A stretch of 60,566 nucleotides of DNA, filler included, from Sphacelaria rigidula (lineage: Eukaryota), in assembly GCA_964200075.2 (NCBI GenBank). It is 9 parts of 9 records of this genome, joined end to end, with 100 filler letters (N's around TTAATTAATTAA, not from the genome) between each part and the next. Parts side by side here need not be neighbours in the genome. Positions count along the whole stretch, not along the records: positions 20,224 to 26,864 come from CAXNAA020018888.1; positions 26,965 to 33,605 come from CAXNAA020018889.1; positions 33,706 to 40,346 come from CAXNAA020018890.1; 6 more parts are not named here. One strand, given 5' to 3'. Positions 25,121-36,200 of this stretch are shown one piece after another. Position 1 is the first letter of the stretch; every line of letters begins with the position of its first letter. Position numbers and translations under genes: made by a program. The notes below the pieces were generated by a model. The model did no database searches, was not told the origin of the DNA, and was given only the letters and a program-made list of their open reading frames with translations.

Positions 25121-26082
25121 CCTGCGCCATACACAACCCCTCAAAATGGTGGCACAAGACATCACCTGGTGATATTCTTACTCAAACGGCAGGTACAATA
25201 CCCTCCCCTCTCCCTACCCCCTAGCCGACATAACCTGTTATCGACACCATTTGGGACTCACCCCTGGAACATTCGCCCCTTCAGCACACACTTACCCCCG
25301 TAAGAAAAAAAATGCCGAAGAAAAACATAAGGCCATCCACCAATCGCTTTCACGCGTCGCTTACCCATGATTGTGCGATGGTGTGCAAAAAATGGAACCC
25401 GAAAAATCGTACAACAAAATTGCGATAAAATCACTAGATGTGGTGGAAAATCCAAATAAGAACACTACAGGAAACCTCCGCGGCCTTCCAGCTGCTAATC
25501 TTCGATGCCCATACCCTTTTTGACCCACTCGTACACCGTGAAGGTCGAGGCGGTTGACAATGCGGCTTTCCACATGGCGGGCACGCTGCCACGGAGTAGC
25601 GCACGAGCGCCCTCTTCTCTAATCATTGTTCTGTTTCACGTTTTGCCGCAAATATAAAAACGATCACCGGGACAGTATCGGGTGAGGGGAGAGGGAAAAG
25701 GGTAAGTGTTAGTACCATAAATGGAAACATACGAACCTAACGAATGGAACTTGGAACAGATTTCAAGTATGGAGTTGGAGTATACTTGGAGGTCGAAAAA
25801 ATGTTCAATTTTTTCTACTGTATAGTGACCATTTGGCAATAGTAAAATCTACACAAAAATCGGGCTTGTAGACCACACAGTCCGAAGGGTGCCTGCCCCA
25901 TAGACCCACAGAACTATCAAGATAGGCTCTTTGACCAGAGTACACGCAGCATCGATGCATATAAAAGTAAGTACGCGTAGCCCAAAGCAAGCGTAGACTT
26001 TCGAGCTGAAAAGATTTTCTGAGCGTCGTCCGCATTGCGGTAGTAGTCTGTTCCATGACGAGTCAATATTTTCAGGGAGGGA

Positions 26083-26370
26083 TACGTGACACGTGAACGT
26101 TAACGTGACGTGAATCACGTTCGTAAAATTTAATGTGACGTGGCACGTGACGCGTGTCACGTTCGGAAAATGTAACGTTACGTGAACGTGCCATCTGGAA
26201 ATTTAACGTGACGTGAACGTGACGTTAATCACGTTGAAAAAATTTAACGTGACGTTTCGTTACGTGTCACGTTCGAATTTAACGTTTCATTCTATGCATA
26301 TCGCGGCTCACAACAGGGTTGGAGGTGTTTTGACGTGTCGTGTAACGCGTGAAGTCACCGTGTACGTGGC
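26083..26370. repeat. Degenerate array of AACGTGACGT/ACGTGTCACGTT motifs in both orientations
   Basis: Dense recurrence of ACGT-core motifs over ~290 bp. Confidence 0.75.
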
Positions 26371-26964
26371 ACTGACGGTCGCCCATCGTATGTTTGATCG
26401 TGGGCGCATTATATGAGTGTATAACGCTTCTTTCTCTACAGTGTATCATGCATTCGTCCTTGACCGGATAAGTTTCCCCGTCTTTTCACTGTCTCATTTC
26501 AAGTTTTTAAGGTTCGAATGCTGGGCCATTCGCACGACAGCACATACTGTACATACAAAAGTTCGCAAACGAGATTGAACGCCGGCTTGAGTCTTCCTGG
26601 CATTGCCCAGACAGAACTACGTCGGTACCCTTGGTTCTACACGTGTATGACAGGTTTACACCGCCCGGCAATCTACATATTTCCCTGGCTTGACAAGCTT
26701 TTGTTTCACTGTACACAGACTGATGGATTTTCCACTTTTCCATCAGATCAAACCGCCACGAAACCAGCCGTTGGGGCAGATGCTGCAGCTGTTTTTTTAA
26801 GCACAATCTTCAACCTTCTAGGATTTCAAATTTCATTGCAGAGTTGAAGTGTTCACCGCTTCATNNNNNNNNNNNNNNNNNNNNNNNNNNNNNNNNNNNN
26901 NNNNNNNNTTAATTAATTAANNNNNNNNNNNNNNNNNNNNNNNNNNNNNNNNNNNNNNNNNNNN

Positions 26965-27364
26965 GCATGAAGGGTGAGCTGCATCCTGCTAAGATTGTTC
27001 GGCCCGAAGCCTACTGATTATCTTGCATTTGGATGGCAGGGGGGGGGCTATTCATGATCTTGCATACCGTAGTCATGAGACCATTGACCTTGCATCCATA
27101 CAAAGCTGGGACGAAGCACGCCGGGTTTTCGTCGAACCAGGCTCGCAATCAATCACCAAGCGCGAAGGGCCGTGATGTGTTCGGCGAGTCGCATTGGATG
27201 TAACCCGCATCCTGCTAAAATCTTTCGGCCCGAAGCGTGTTGATTGTTTTGCATATGGATGACAGACTCCAATGAGATGCTTCATTTTCCGCTGTCGCCT
27301 CTTGCAGAGATAGCCACGGGTTACACTGCCTTGTGGGTGTCTCACCGTTGGCGGGGGGGAGGGG
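26965..27364 (+). repeat. Related poly-G-headed repeat subfamily (copies at 36346-36650 and 33706-33845)
   Basis: Shared TCATGATCTTGC...ATCAATCACCAAG.GCGAAG...GTGATGTGTTCGGCGAGTCGCAT...GCATCCTGCTAA..T..TTCGGCCC. Confidence 0.85.
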
Positions 27365-28390
27365 CACGAGGGGCAATTCGTTGAGCCGAGTATAGTATCG
27401 ACAAATCACTCGCTTCTAGTGTACCACCGGATGAATTTCTTATTTCGGTGCAGATGCACGTTCCTTGATTTCGGCGAGGGCATCGCACTTGATATTAGCG
27501 TGCTTTTTAGTGCCCAGCAATTCCACAGCTCAACCGGTGGGTTCGTCTCGTATGTAGTGGATGTATTAGTGTCATGAGTATACTCTTGCGCGTAAAGTAC
27601 TTGAATACAGTACGAGTAGTGAACGTACATCTCCAAATGCGCATGGTCATTTTGTCATGAGTCGGGGTGACGAGCGTGGGGTTCACCTAATTTGGTCCTG
27701 ATTATTATTTCGTCCTGTGCATTTAATTTTGTTTTGTCATGTACACGAACTGGAATGACTACTGCCACATTCTCTTACTTTTACACATCGCGTACACGTG
27801 TTGCGCGCTTACTGAATGGCAGAAGGACGCTTACCCAATAACAGACGGGCCCTAGCCTAGGTAATGGGTTGTGGTGAGGAATTCGCGACTGCTTGTCTGC
27901 ACGACGTTATCTGATGTAGATCGTAATGCTGTTCGTCTGTTCACTGCTCCAACCGACGCAAGAGCCTTTTTTGCTAGAAGGCTTGGTGGTTAGCGCCTCG
28001 ACCTCTCTGCGGATACCATCGCGAAACCGATTATATGCTAGCCTTCGATCGGCGGAGTAAATGGCGCTGCTTCACCCACTACGAGGGCGTTGCTTCCCCC
28101 GCCACTCCGTCGCTGGATGCCAACGGATGAACTCCGAATATCAGGCAACGAAAGTGCTCACATGAACACACAGGGGTAGCTCGTGACCATATGTAGCTGG
28201 GCGTTGTGACAATTTGCCTAGCAATACCGGCAGAAATACATCAACACGGGCCGTAACGGAAAACAGCAGCTTCTCCCCCGAAGTGATGTGTCCCCGATCA
28301 CCCTTTCCCCCCCGTGTGTGTGCGTGTGTTAACTTTTGTGCTGGTTCTACCCTGCTGTGCTCGTTCACTTGGTAATGTGCTACCGAATAG

Positions 28391-28559
28391 CCCATCCAGT
28401 ACGGGCTAGGGGTCGGTGACCACGTCCAGCGATGGTATGCGGATTTTGCGGCGGATCTTGACGATGAGATGTTATTCGAGCTTCTGCTGGCGGCCAACTA
28501 CCTCGACCTTTCCCCGTTGCTCGAAATATGCGCGGCTACCGTTGGACTGCGGGCAATGA
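28391..28559 (+). CDS. SKP1: SKP1-like protein, penultimate exon
   Basis: Reads PIQYGLGVGDHVQRWYADFAADLDDEMLFELLLAANYLDLSPLLEICAATVGLRAM, matching the SKP1 W.A.F...LFEL.LAANY.D...LL motif. TAG acceptor, GTGAGT donor. It is absent from the supplied ORF track. Confidence 0.92.
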
Positions 28560-29062
28560 GTGAGTGATATCGCTATAGTTTGCTCGTTTGATCTTCTCAA
28601 GGTTCGGGGAGCGGTGTAAAAAGTAGAGATGCCGTGGATCAAGGCGACGAATGTCGGGTGGATTATGGCCCAGAGGTCTTATTGTTTGTTTTCTGAACGA
28701 GTTGGACACCTCTTCTTTCTTCTCGTGGTGACTGATTTTTTTTTCTTGGCCTCTGCAGCATCTCGGGAAACACATTTGCCTGATCGACGACCATGTAGTT
28801 GAATGGCGGAGGGCCCCGTCGTTCTCACGCTTACATTTGTACACAGGGAGTTTTGACGCAAACAACATCTCTGAAGCCCGGAGGTTCGGTGCCCGTGTCA
28901 CGGCGAGGCACGGGATTATTGATCTCGGCTGGTCCTCCAGCACCCTAGATGCATATCTTCTTGTGACGCGAAATCAACACTTTAATATGTACATCACTGA
29001 GTCGTCGACATTAACTCTTGCTGCGTTTTTTTTTGTCGAATTATTACTGGTGATGGACACAG

Positions 29063-29181
29063 ACAAGACACCGGAAGAGGTGGCAAGAGAGTTCAACATT
29101 ACAGAGCCATTTTCTCCTGAGGTGGAAAAGAAGCTGAGGGAGGAGAATAAGTGGAGCACAGAACCACCAGTGTCGCGCTAG
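29063..29181 (+). CDS. SKP1: SKP1-like protein, last exon
   Basis: Reads (N)KTPEEVAREFNITEPFSPEVEKKLREENKWSTEPPVSR*, the SKP1 C-terminal motif KTPEE....FNI...F.PE......EN.W. Phase-compatible with the previous exon. Confidence 0.92.
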
Positions 29182-30169
29182 TGGAGAGCTGGATAATGGC
29201 CATGATCTGCTACGATCTTGGGCTACTAACGGCTGTACTGTCTGCTGTTGGTATTGCGCCGTAGTATATGATGTGCACGGACTACTGCTTTGTTTTTTTT
29301 TTGGTCGACACGCCTGCTGCGTTGGGCGTGTCACAACAGTTTTACGACGTAACCTCGAATTTTGTACCAATGCCATGCTAGGACGAGCAAAATGTTTTCG
29401 ACCGTTACCGTGGATTTATGGAGGTGACGATGTGGTGTTTTGAGCTGGGGACATCAGCTGCCGGCCACGATATCGCTTCTCACAAGGGTGGCATTTGTAT
29501 ATAGCGCGCCGACCAACTAGCGGTGTTCGTGTGTGTAGACTCAATTTTGGCATGAAAAGCGTGGTTGAAGGATCGACGTTTGAGCGGTAACGTGCTGTCA
29601 CGATGTTTTGATGGGTGTACGTGGTGGCGTATTATCGGTGGCTGCCGTTCGTTTTTTCCCGCTTCTTTCTCTTCGCATTGTACGTAGACATCATTTTAAT
29701 GCGCGAAGACAAGTAGGACGCTATTTGGTGGAGGCAAGTGCCCACCTGGCGCTTCGGTAGGCCTGGGTGATGGCGCAATGAAGCTGTTGGCATGTGCATA
29801 CCATTTTCAAGGTCATGGTTGAAAGACATGGGAGGTGAGGGTGATCGGACTGTAGAGAGTTGGGATTCAAGTGTAAGCAAGGCACGAGTAAATCAGTAAA
29901 CCTCGTGCATTTTTTTGTGTTGGCTATGTAGATGTCAGGTGGGTGGGTTACACTGGAGACCTGGGGGGGGGGCAGAGATGGCGCCCCCCTCCGCTCTTCA
30001 CCCAGCTGACTTGTTGATGGCAATTGCTCGTCCCTCGCTTTTGTGGTGTGTTCGCGGCACGTCAAGTAGTATGCCGTTGTGGTATGGATTGGTGTGTAGC
30101 AATGCCGACCGAGGTACGCGATGTCATTTACGCCTAAACACGTGGATGTCACGATTTATTGATGGATGA

Positions 30170-30345
30170 AGAGCAATGCTACGGTAGGGGTGCACTTTTT
30201 GCGCGAAGTCGTGTCTACTTCAGGGGCTGCTGACGGTTCTAGATGCACAAGAATATGGGTCAGGGCATCCACGGTTGCAAATTCATTCGGGATATCCCCG
30301 GGACATTGAAGTAGTAATCCTGGCGTACTATTACATATTTTTATC
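30170..30345. mobile_element. MITE family B, partial copy
   Basis: Colinear with 11492-11591 plus 11960-12027. Confidence 0.8.
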
Positions 30346-32116
30346 ATCACTCTGAAGGAGATGGTCTTTGATGTCATTTAAAAAAACTTTCCCTACCCAA
30401 TTTCGCTACTTCTTCCTGTGGTGTATCACCTCTGATCACCTCGAGAACTGTAACAGCTCAAAACGCTTGGGGGAAACATGGGTAACGTATATTTTTCGCA
30501 ATGGTGTTTCGAGGAGCGCGTGAAAAAAATATTCCTGGACCCACACTCACTTTTTTCCATTTGGGGCCGATTTGGGGGGGGGGGGATAAACTTGTTGGGA
30601 TCGTGTCCGGGCTGGCTGGCTCCGGTTCTAAACTAAATCCTATATACTCAATGCAACCAAGCTCAACCACAAGTCACTTGGTTTTAGACTGTTGAACGGG
30701 GGAGAAGAGTCACTTCACTTGCAGAGCACACCCAAGCACAAGCAGCGGAAAACAAAACAGCAGTCGCGGTCTCGGCAAGTCTTGGTTTGGTGTTGGGCAT
30801 CAAGTACGCTGTGTAAGCGAACATAAACCGCTTGGTCCATTGCTTGATGCAACCTGATCATGAATCCTAGCAAGCCCAAGTGAGTCAGATGACTGGAGTT
30901 CGGCACCCTAACACCAGAACAAGCAGAGCCAAAGACTTTTCGTGAAAGCCTGGCGAGACCAAAACCTGAAACTGTCAAAAACGCGGTGGGGGGAAACGGG
31001 TTAATTGAGTTGGGGCAAAAGATCGAGGCGGGGGAGGGGGGCAGTTGCGACGAACCACAAACCCTTCACCCGTCTGTGACCGCAGCAACCACTGCAACGG
31101 CCGCACAAGTGTGGCTGAGGGGGTGTAGCCGAAGGATCTGCGTGATTTATTTGGCGCAATCATTTTTACTTGCTTGAATCATCTTGAATCATCGAAGAAC
31201 TATCGATAAACGAATCGAAAGCAACACTCAACACTGCTCACACCATTGCACACCATCCAAGTTTATTAATGAAACACACGAACAAACCACGCACGGCTCG
31301 TGCGCATTGTTTCGACAACGTGTTGCTGAGCAACTGACTCCCCCAAAGGCTGATAAACAGGGGTCTCGTTTGAGAAAAAAAAATCAAATCAGGAGCTGCT
31401 GAAGGGGAGGGGGGGGGAGGGGCCCAGAAACATTTTTTTCATGCGCCCGAGGGCATGTATCTGCGTTGCCGCCTTGTTTCTAGAGGTCGCGCAACACCTG
31501 TCCGGTACATGTCAACTGTCCGGTGGGCAGAAAAATGTACCGAACCTGCCCTGGTTGGGTTTGTTTTGACATGTTTGGCGACGATGATGGCTGCGTCGTC
31601 TCGCAGGGCACGTTGAGGCAGCATGTCAGAGCACTCGTTTCGAGCGAAGCGACTGACTGCTAACGTGCTCTCTGTTCTTGTCTGGTGGTACGGAATCTCT
31701 TGTGCGTGCGTGTTACCCGGCGTTAGCACTCGCCACGAGCAAGATCTGGGCGTTCCAACAGCAGCAGCCGCTGTCATTCGTCCGCACGGGGGAATGGAAC
31801 TTTAGGTACCAGCGCACGAGCGTGGAGCTACCTTGACCCTCCAGTTTCGGATGTATCGGGATATTGATTGTAGGAGCACTCTAACCAAAGTCATGAGTGT
31901 GCGCTACATCATATTTTCTTCCTCCGCATCGACGAATTTGGCTGTGAAAGCTCTGTTGGAACGTGCACATAGTGCTTGTGGCTGGCGCCGTTGCCGGGAA
32001 ACACGCGTAAATCAGAGATTTTCAATTTCGACAGCAAGTTATAACCGGTTGCATTGGCATGCATGGATACAAAATCATTCGCTCGTAGTCAAGGGGTTAG
32101 CTGCAGCGGTTGCCCG

Positions 32117-32205
32117 CTGGGGTGCCTACAACCTAAAATTTGGACGTTACAGACCTTGTGCAACAACGTCTGTAACGTCCAAATTTTAGGTTGTAGGCAC
32201 CCCAG
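32117..32205. repeat. Perfect 38-bp inverted repeat with a 13-nt spacer
   Basis: CTGGGGTGCCTACAACCTAAAATTTGGACGTTACAGAC and its exact reverse complement. Confidence 0.92.
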
Positions 32206-32984
32206 TGGCCACCCGTGTGCTTACTGCTGTGAAGCAGTGGTAGTGCTCTACTTCATGAAAAAAATAGTGTTCACATTCAACCCCGGCCAACGATCTTATA
32301 AACCCAGGATGCAAAATGATGATTACAACACCCCGCCCCCCGACTCGCGCGCGCTCGCGACCAAGTGCTTGCCACGCCCGTTACCTGGCGAGTGCACAGT
32401 CTTTCAGTATCATGCATCGGCATAACCGAGCCCCGTTAAACACGATTTGCGTGTTTTCTTTCATACACGGGTGCTAGCATCAGTCGGGCGAATCGATCTC
32501 TTCGACATCCTGAGGGTATACAAGTACATTGCCCCAAAGGTATGTTCGTTGGAAGGAACTACCCACTAGACCACTCCGTCCGCCAGCACTTACTCGATCC
32601 GTACTGACTGAGTGGTCTGGTGGGTAGTCCCTTCTAACGAACAAGGTGTATACCGTGTCGGAGACATGCATGGTAGTAAGCGGCCCGGTCCTCCACGTAT
32701 TCTTCGAACATCCGGTAGCACCATAGAACGTGGCCATGGTACGGGCAGCCAACCAATATGGCTTGAAGGATCAAATTCCTTCTACGACTAGGTCGGGGTC
32801 GCCTTTTTTTTCTGTACGATGGCGTTTGTAGAGTACAGCTTCCCTCCCCCCCCTCGCGCGTCTTTTGAGGTGCTCTAGTGTAAGCAAACGCTGATCATTT
32901 AAGAGTGGGACGTGGCCTTGATGCGGATTGGGCCCTCCCTACCGGAGGAGCAACTGTGCAGGCTGATTTCCACTGCCGAGTCAC

Positions 32985-33230
32985 GCTACAGTAGGGGTTG
33001 CACATTTGGGTCCAGATCTTTTTCACCCAGGGGTTCCTCATGCTTGGAGTTACGCAACGACATGGGTAAGGATATTCCCGTTTTCAAATCCGTTCGAGAT
33101 ATCCCTAGCCTGCTGGAATCGTGGCGTGCTCCCACATTTTTTTCGTTCGTTTTTTGGATGAGATAGAGGGCTCCTAACAATTACCTCAACAAATTTCTGT
33201 CTGTGTACCCCTACCGTAGCACTACACTGC
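32985..33230. mobile_element. MITE family B, diverged copy
   Basis: GCTACAGTAGGGGTTGCAC...GTACCCCTACCGTAGC TIRs, and the shared internal GATATCCCTAGC...TGGCGT segment. Confidence 0.7.
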
Positions 33231-36200
33231 CATGAAACGTGGGACCTCCCTTGACAAGAGCCGCCCTCAAGTGGGTACACCGCTTTACTGTAGTACCATT
33301 GAACCACTCCCCAAGAACTGATGATGCGTCGCGTTGAGTTCCAGAATGGAACCAAAAACTTGACTGTGGCGCTGACAACCTACATATGAAATTGAGCGTG
33401 ACAATCGCATGCTACGATAGCCCCCCATAACTAACTCCAAAACTGTCACGAAGAGAATGGTCATACAGCACATTTTGCCGCCTCAAACCAGCCACTTCTT
33501 CTCAGGGGGGGGGGGGGGGGGGGAGCACATGGTCGAGGCCCCCACCCGGCCTCCCACAGCTAATAATAATACTCATTCTTGTGTTCTCGCGAGAGGGGGG
33601 GAGTGNNNNNNNNNNNNNNNNNNNNNNNNNNNNNNNNNNNNNNNNNNNNTTAATTAATTAANNNNNNNNNNNNNNNNNNNNNNNNNNNNNNNNNNNNNNN
33701 NNNNNCTAAGATTGTTCGGCCCAAAGCCTACTGAATATCTTGCATTTGGATGACAGCTTCCAATGAGTTGCTTTAGTCTGTGGTATCGCCACTTTCTGAG
33801 ACAGCCACAGCTAGTACACTGCCTCACAGGTGCCTCACCATTGGTGTGCCAGGTGTAGCTAGACTGAAGGTGCAAGGAGGGAGTGTCCGAGAGGAAAGGC
33901 TGCTCTACGCTGTGCACGAGGTTGTGGTTCGAGTGCTGCTATTTCTCAGGAGCGGGCTGGCGGACTAGAAAGAAGGCATTACCTGAGGTGTTTGCTGTTG
34001 TGATGAGCGCCGAGTTAGGTGCTAATGTTGAGGAGCAAGTGCTGAGGTGATTGAGTGCTTGCTGAGAGTGAGAAAACACAAGATGATTGGTGTTCGCGAA
34101 TCGTTTTGACAATGATCACAGCTTGTCATTGTGTGGTTTGTGGTCATGTTTGCGCATGAAACATGGTTGTTGAGCGAGTATGATCGCATCGCGTGTTCAG
34201 GGTAAAACTCTGGCGTACACGTGGATATTTCGCATGTGTGTGTTGTGCTGATGTGGTTGGCACGGACGATGCATGGTGTTTGCTGCGAGGAAGGTGGCAT
34301 TGCATGTGCTGAGTAAAGTGTTGGCATGCATGTGCGGATTTTCATATGCTAAGTGGAATTTTGGCAGGCATGTGCGAATGTTTTATCGAATGGTACTGAT
34401 ATGAATGGTATCTGGTGACGATCTAGGGTTGGGCAGTTGTCAATATACTGCTGTATGCTAATTGAAGTGAAGCTCGTATAATTTTGTTCGCACAGGAACG
34501 CAGTCGAACCATATTTGTGCGGTTTGCACGCACTGACTGCAGGATATATGGATTGCTGCTGTTAGCGTGAAAATGAGCTGAAATATACGAAATGCGTAGG
34601 CTCGTCGCCGTTGTTAGATTGATATACACGGCTTGAAAAGCGGTTTGAGCCATGTCTTTCCTTTAATTGTCTTTATGAAATGAAGGCAAGTTGAAGCATT
34701 GAAGCTTTGACGGCGGGGAGGCATGCGATGCATACGATTTCTACGGGGTTGCAGAAGCAAGAGGCCAGGTGCGTGTTAGACGTGTTGGGTGCATATTTCC
34801 TTCTAGCGTGAGGATGATGAGTCATTTCGCTGTTGCACTCCGTTGCGCAGGTGTTGAACGTACAAAGAGTGAATTCTGTATGTTGAGAAGTACCTTGTCT
34901 CGGATGAGAGGGACGATGAGTCACGAGTGCTCTGGAATTTGACGTTTGCTGACATTTCCGGTTTCGAGCCGATGAAGAGTCAAGAAACTTGTTTTGGGCG
35001 AAGATTTGAGAATTTGGCGCGAGCTATCGCTTTGTAACTCGAAGTGGTGCAAGTAGCGTGATTGCATGTTCATGATGGACGATATTTACTTAGATCTCTT
35101 GCGAGTTGTTCGCAAGTAGGGCAAGCTTGTATGGAGCTGTTGTCGAAAGCAGCGGAAGAGATTGCTAATCTTTGCGGAAACGACGGTACTATCAGGCACC
35201 AATGATATCTGAGTTTGTCAAGCTCTGATGTAACTACTTGTTGATAGTAGAGAGCTTTGGGGGTGCTATAGACTCTAGCCACCATTGTTACCTAGGGACA
35301 TTTGTAGGTGGAGTTGCGCGTCTGATTGCCGGACTCTGTGATGGTGACCTCCATGACGAGTAGGGTTGATTTTGCCACTCTGGTGGAGAGAGGCTATGGC
35401 CATCTTCTCCCGTACTATGCTGAGGGTTAATACATAAATAACTAAAGCTGCTGAAGACCATGTGCCCGTGATGGGAAGAGTCTACATGGCAAGCTGATCT
35501 TGAGTGACAGAAGTCTATAGCTGATGATCGACACGGACACCATCCGGAGCAGAGCAACTACGTGCATAGCTATTATAGCAGCCAGACGCGATGCGAGTGC
35601 GGTTTTTCCTGCCCAGGGTGATGCTTCGACGGAGTAGCATGCCGCAACAACGACAGCGATTGCGACTACAGCAGTATGATTGCTGGTAGGGCGCAGAAGA
35701 TGTTATTTAAATAACCTGCACACAAGTGCAAGTATCAACCACCATTAGCCCACACTCATGGATGAGGCACACATTGGGCATCCGGCGCGCGCAGCCTTCG
35801 GATAGACAGCACAGTGCAGTTGGTGTGTTCATCCGGGCAATGCTGTTCTTCCTTGCTGCGACTTAGACCCGCTTTTGCCTACGTTTGTGTCGCAAAGGTC
35901 AGAACAGATTTCACAATTAAAAACTGTACATCACGCTCAGGTGCCGTTTCCATAATACAAGACCCACGAGTCCAGAAGGCCCGCAAAACGTATGTGGTGA
36001 ACTGCATGCTGACAGTAGATCAGGTTCTAAATTACGTACTGTACTACAGCGCAGGAGGAAGAGGTGAGAAAATGAAGCAAAAATACTGGAAAGTGTACCG
36101 TACCCGTCACACCACTGCCCAGAATATGACAGCTGGTCTCCTCGATACGCTTTGTTCCTTTTTGTCACACTTGATCAAGGGCATCGCCACCACCCGTTCG

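Noticed and set aside
24572..25303. 243-aa ORF with an HT repeat (and the CV-repeat ORFs at 41596-42194)
   Set aside because: The frames are kept open by (CA)n/(GT)n microsatellites and show no domain signal.
32480..32752. 90-aa minus-strand ORF as a terminal exon
   Set aside because: No recognisable domain and no convincing partner exons.
34000..35600. Decayed coding-like sequence
   Set aside because: The frames I checked show multiple stops and no recognisable motif.
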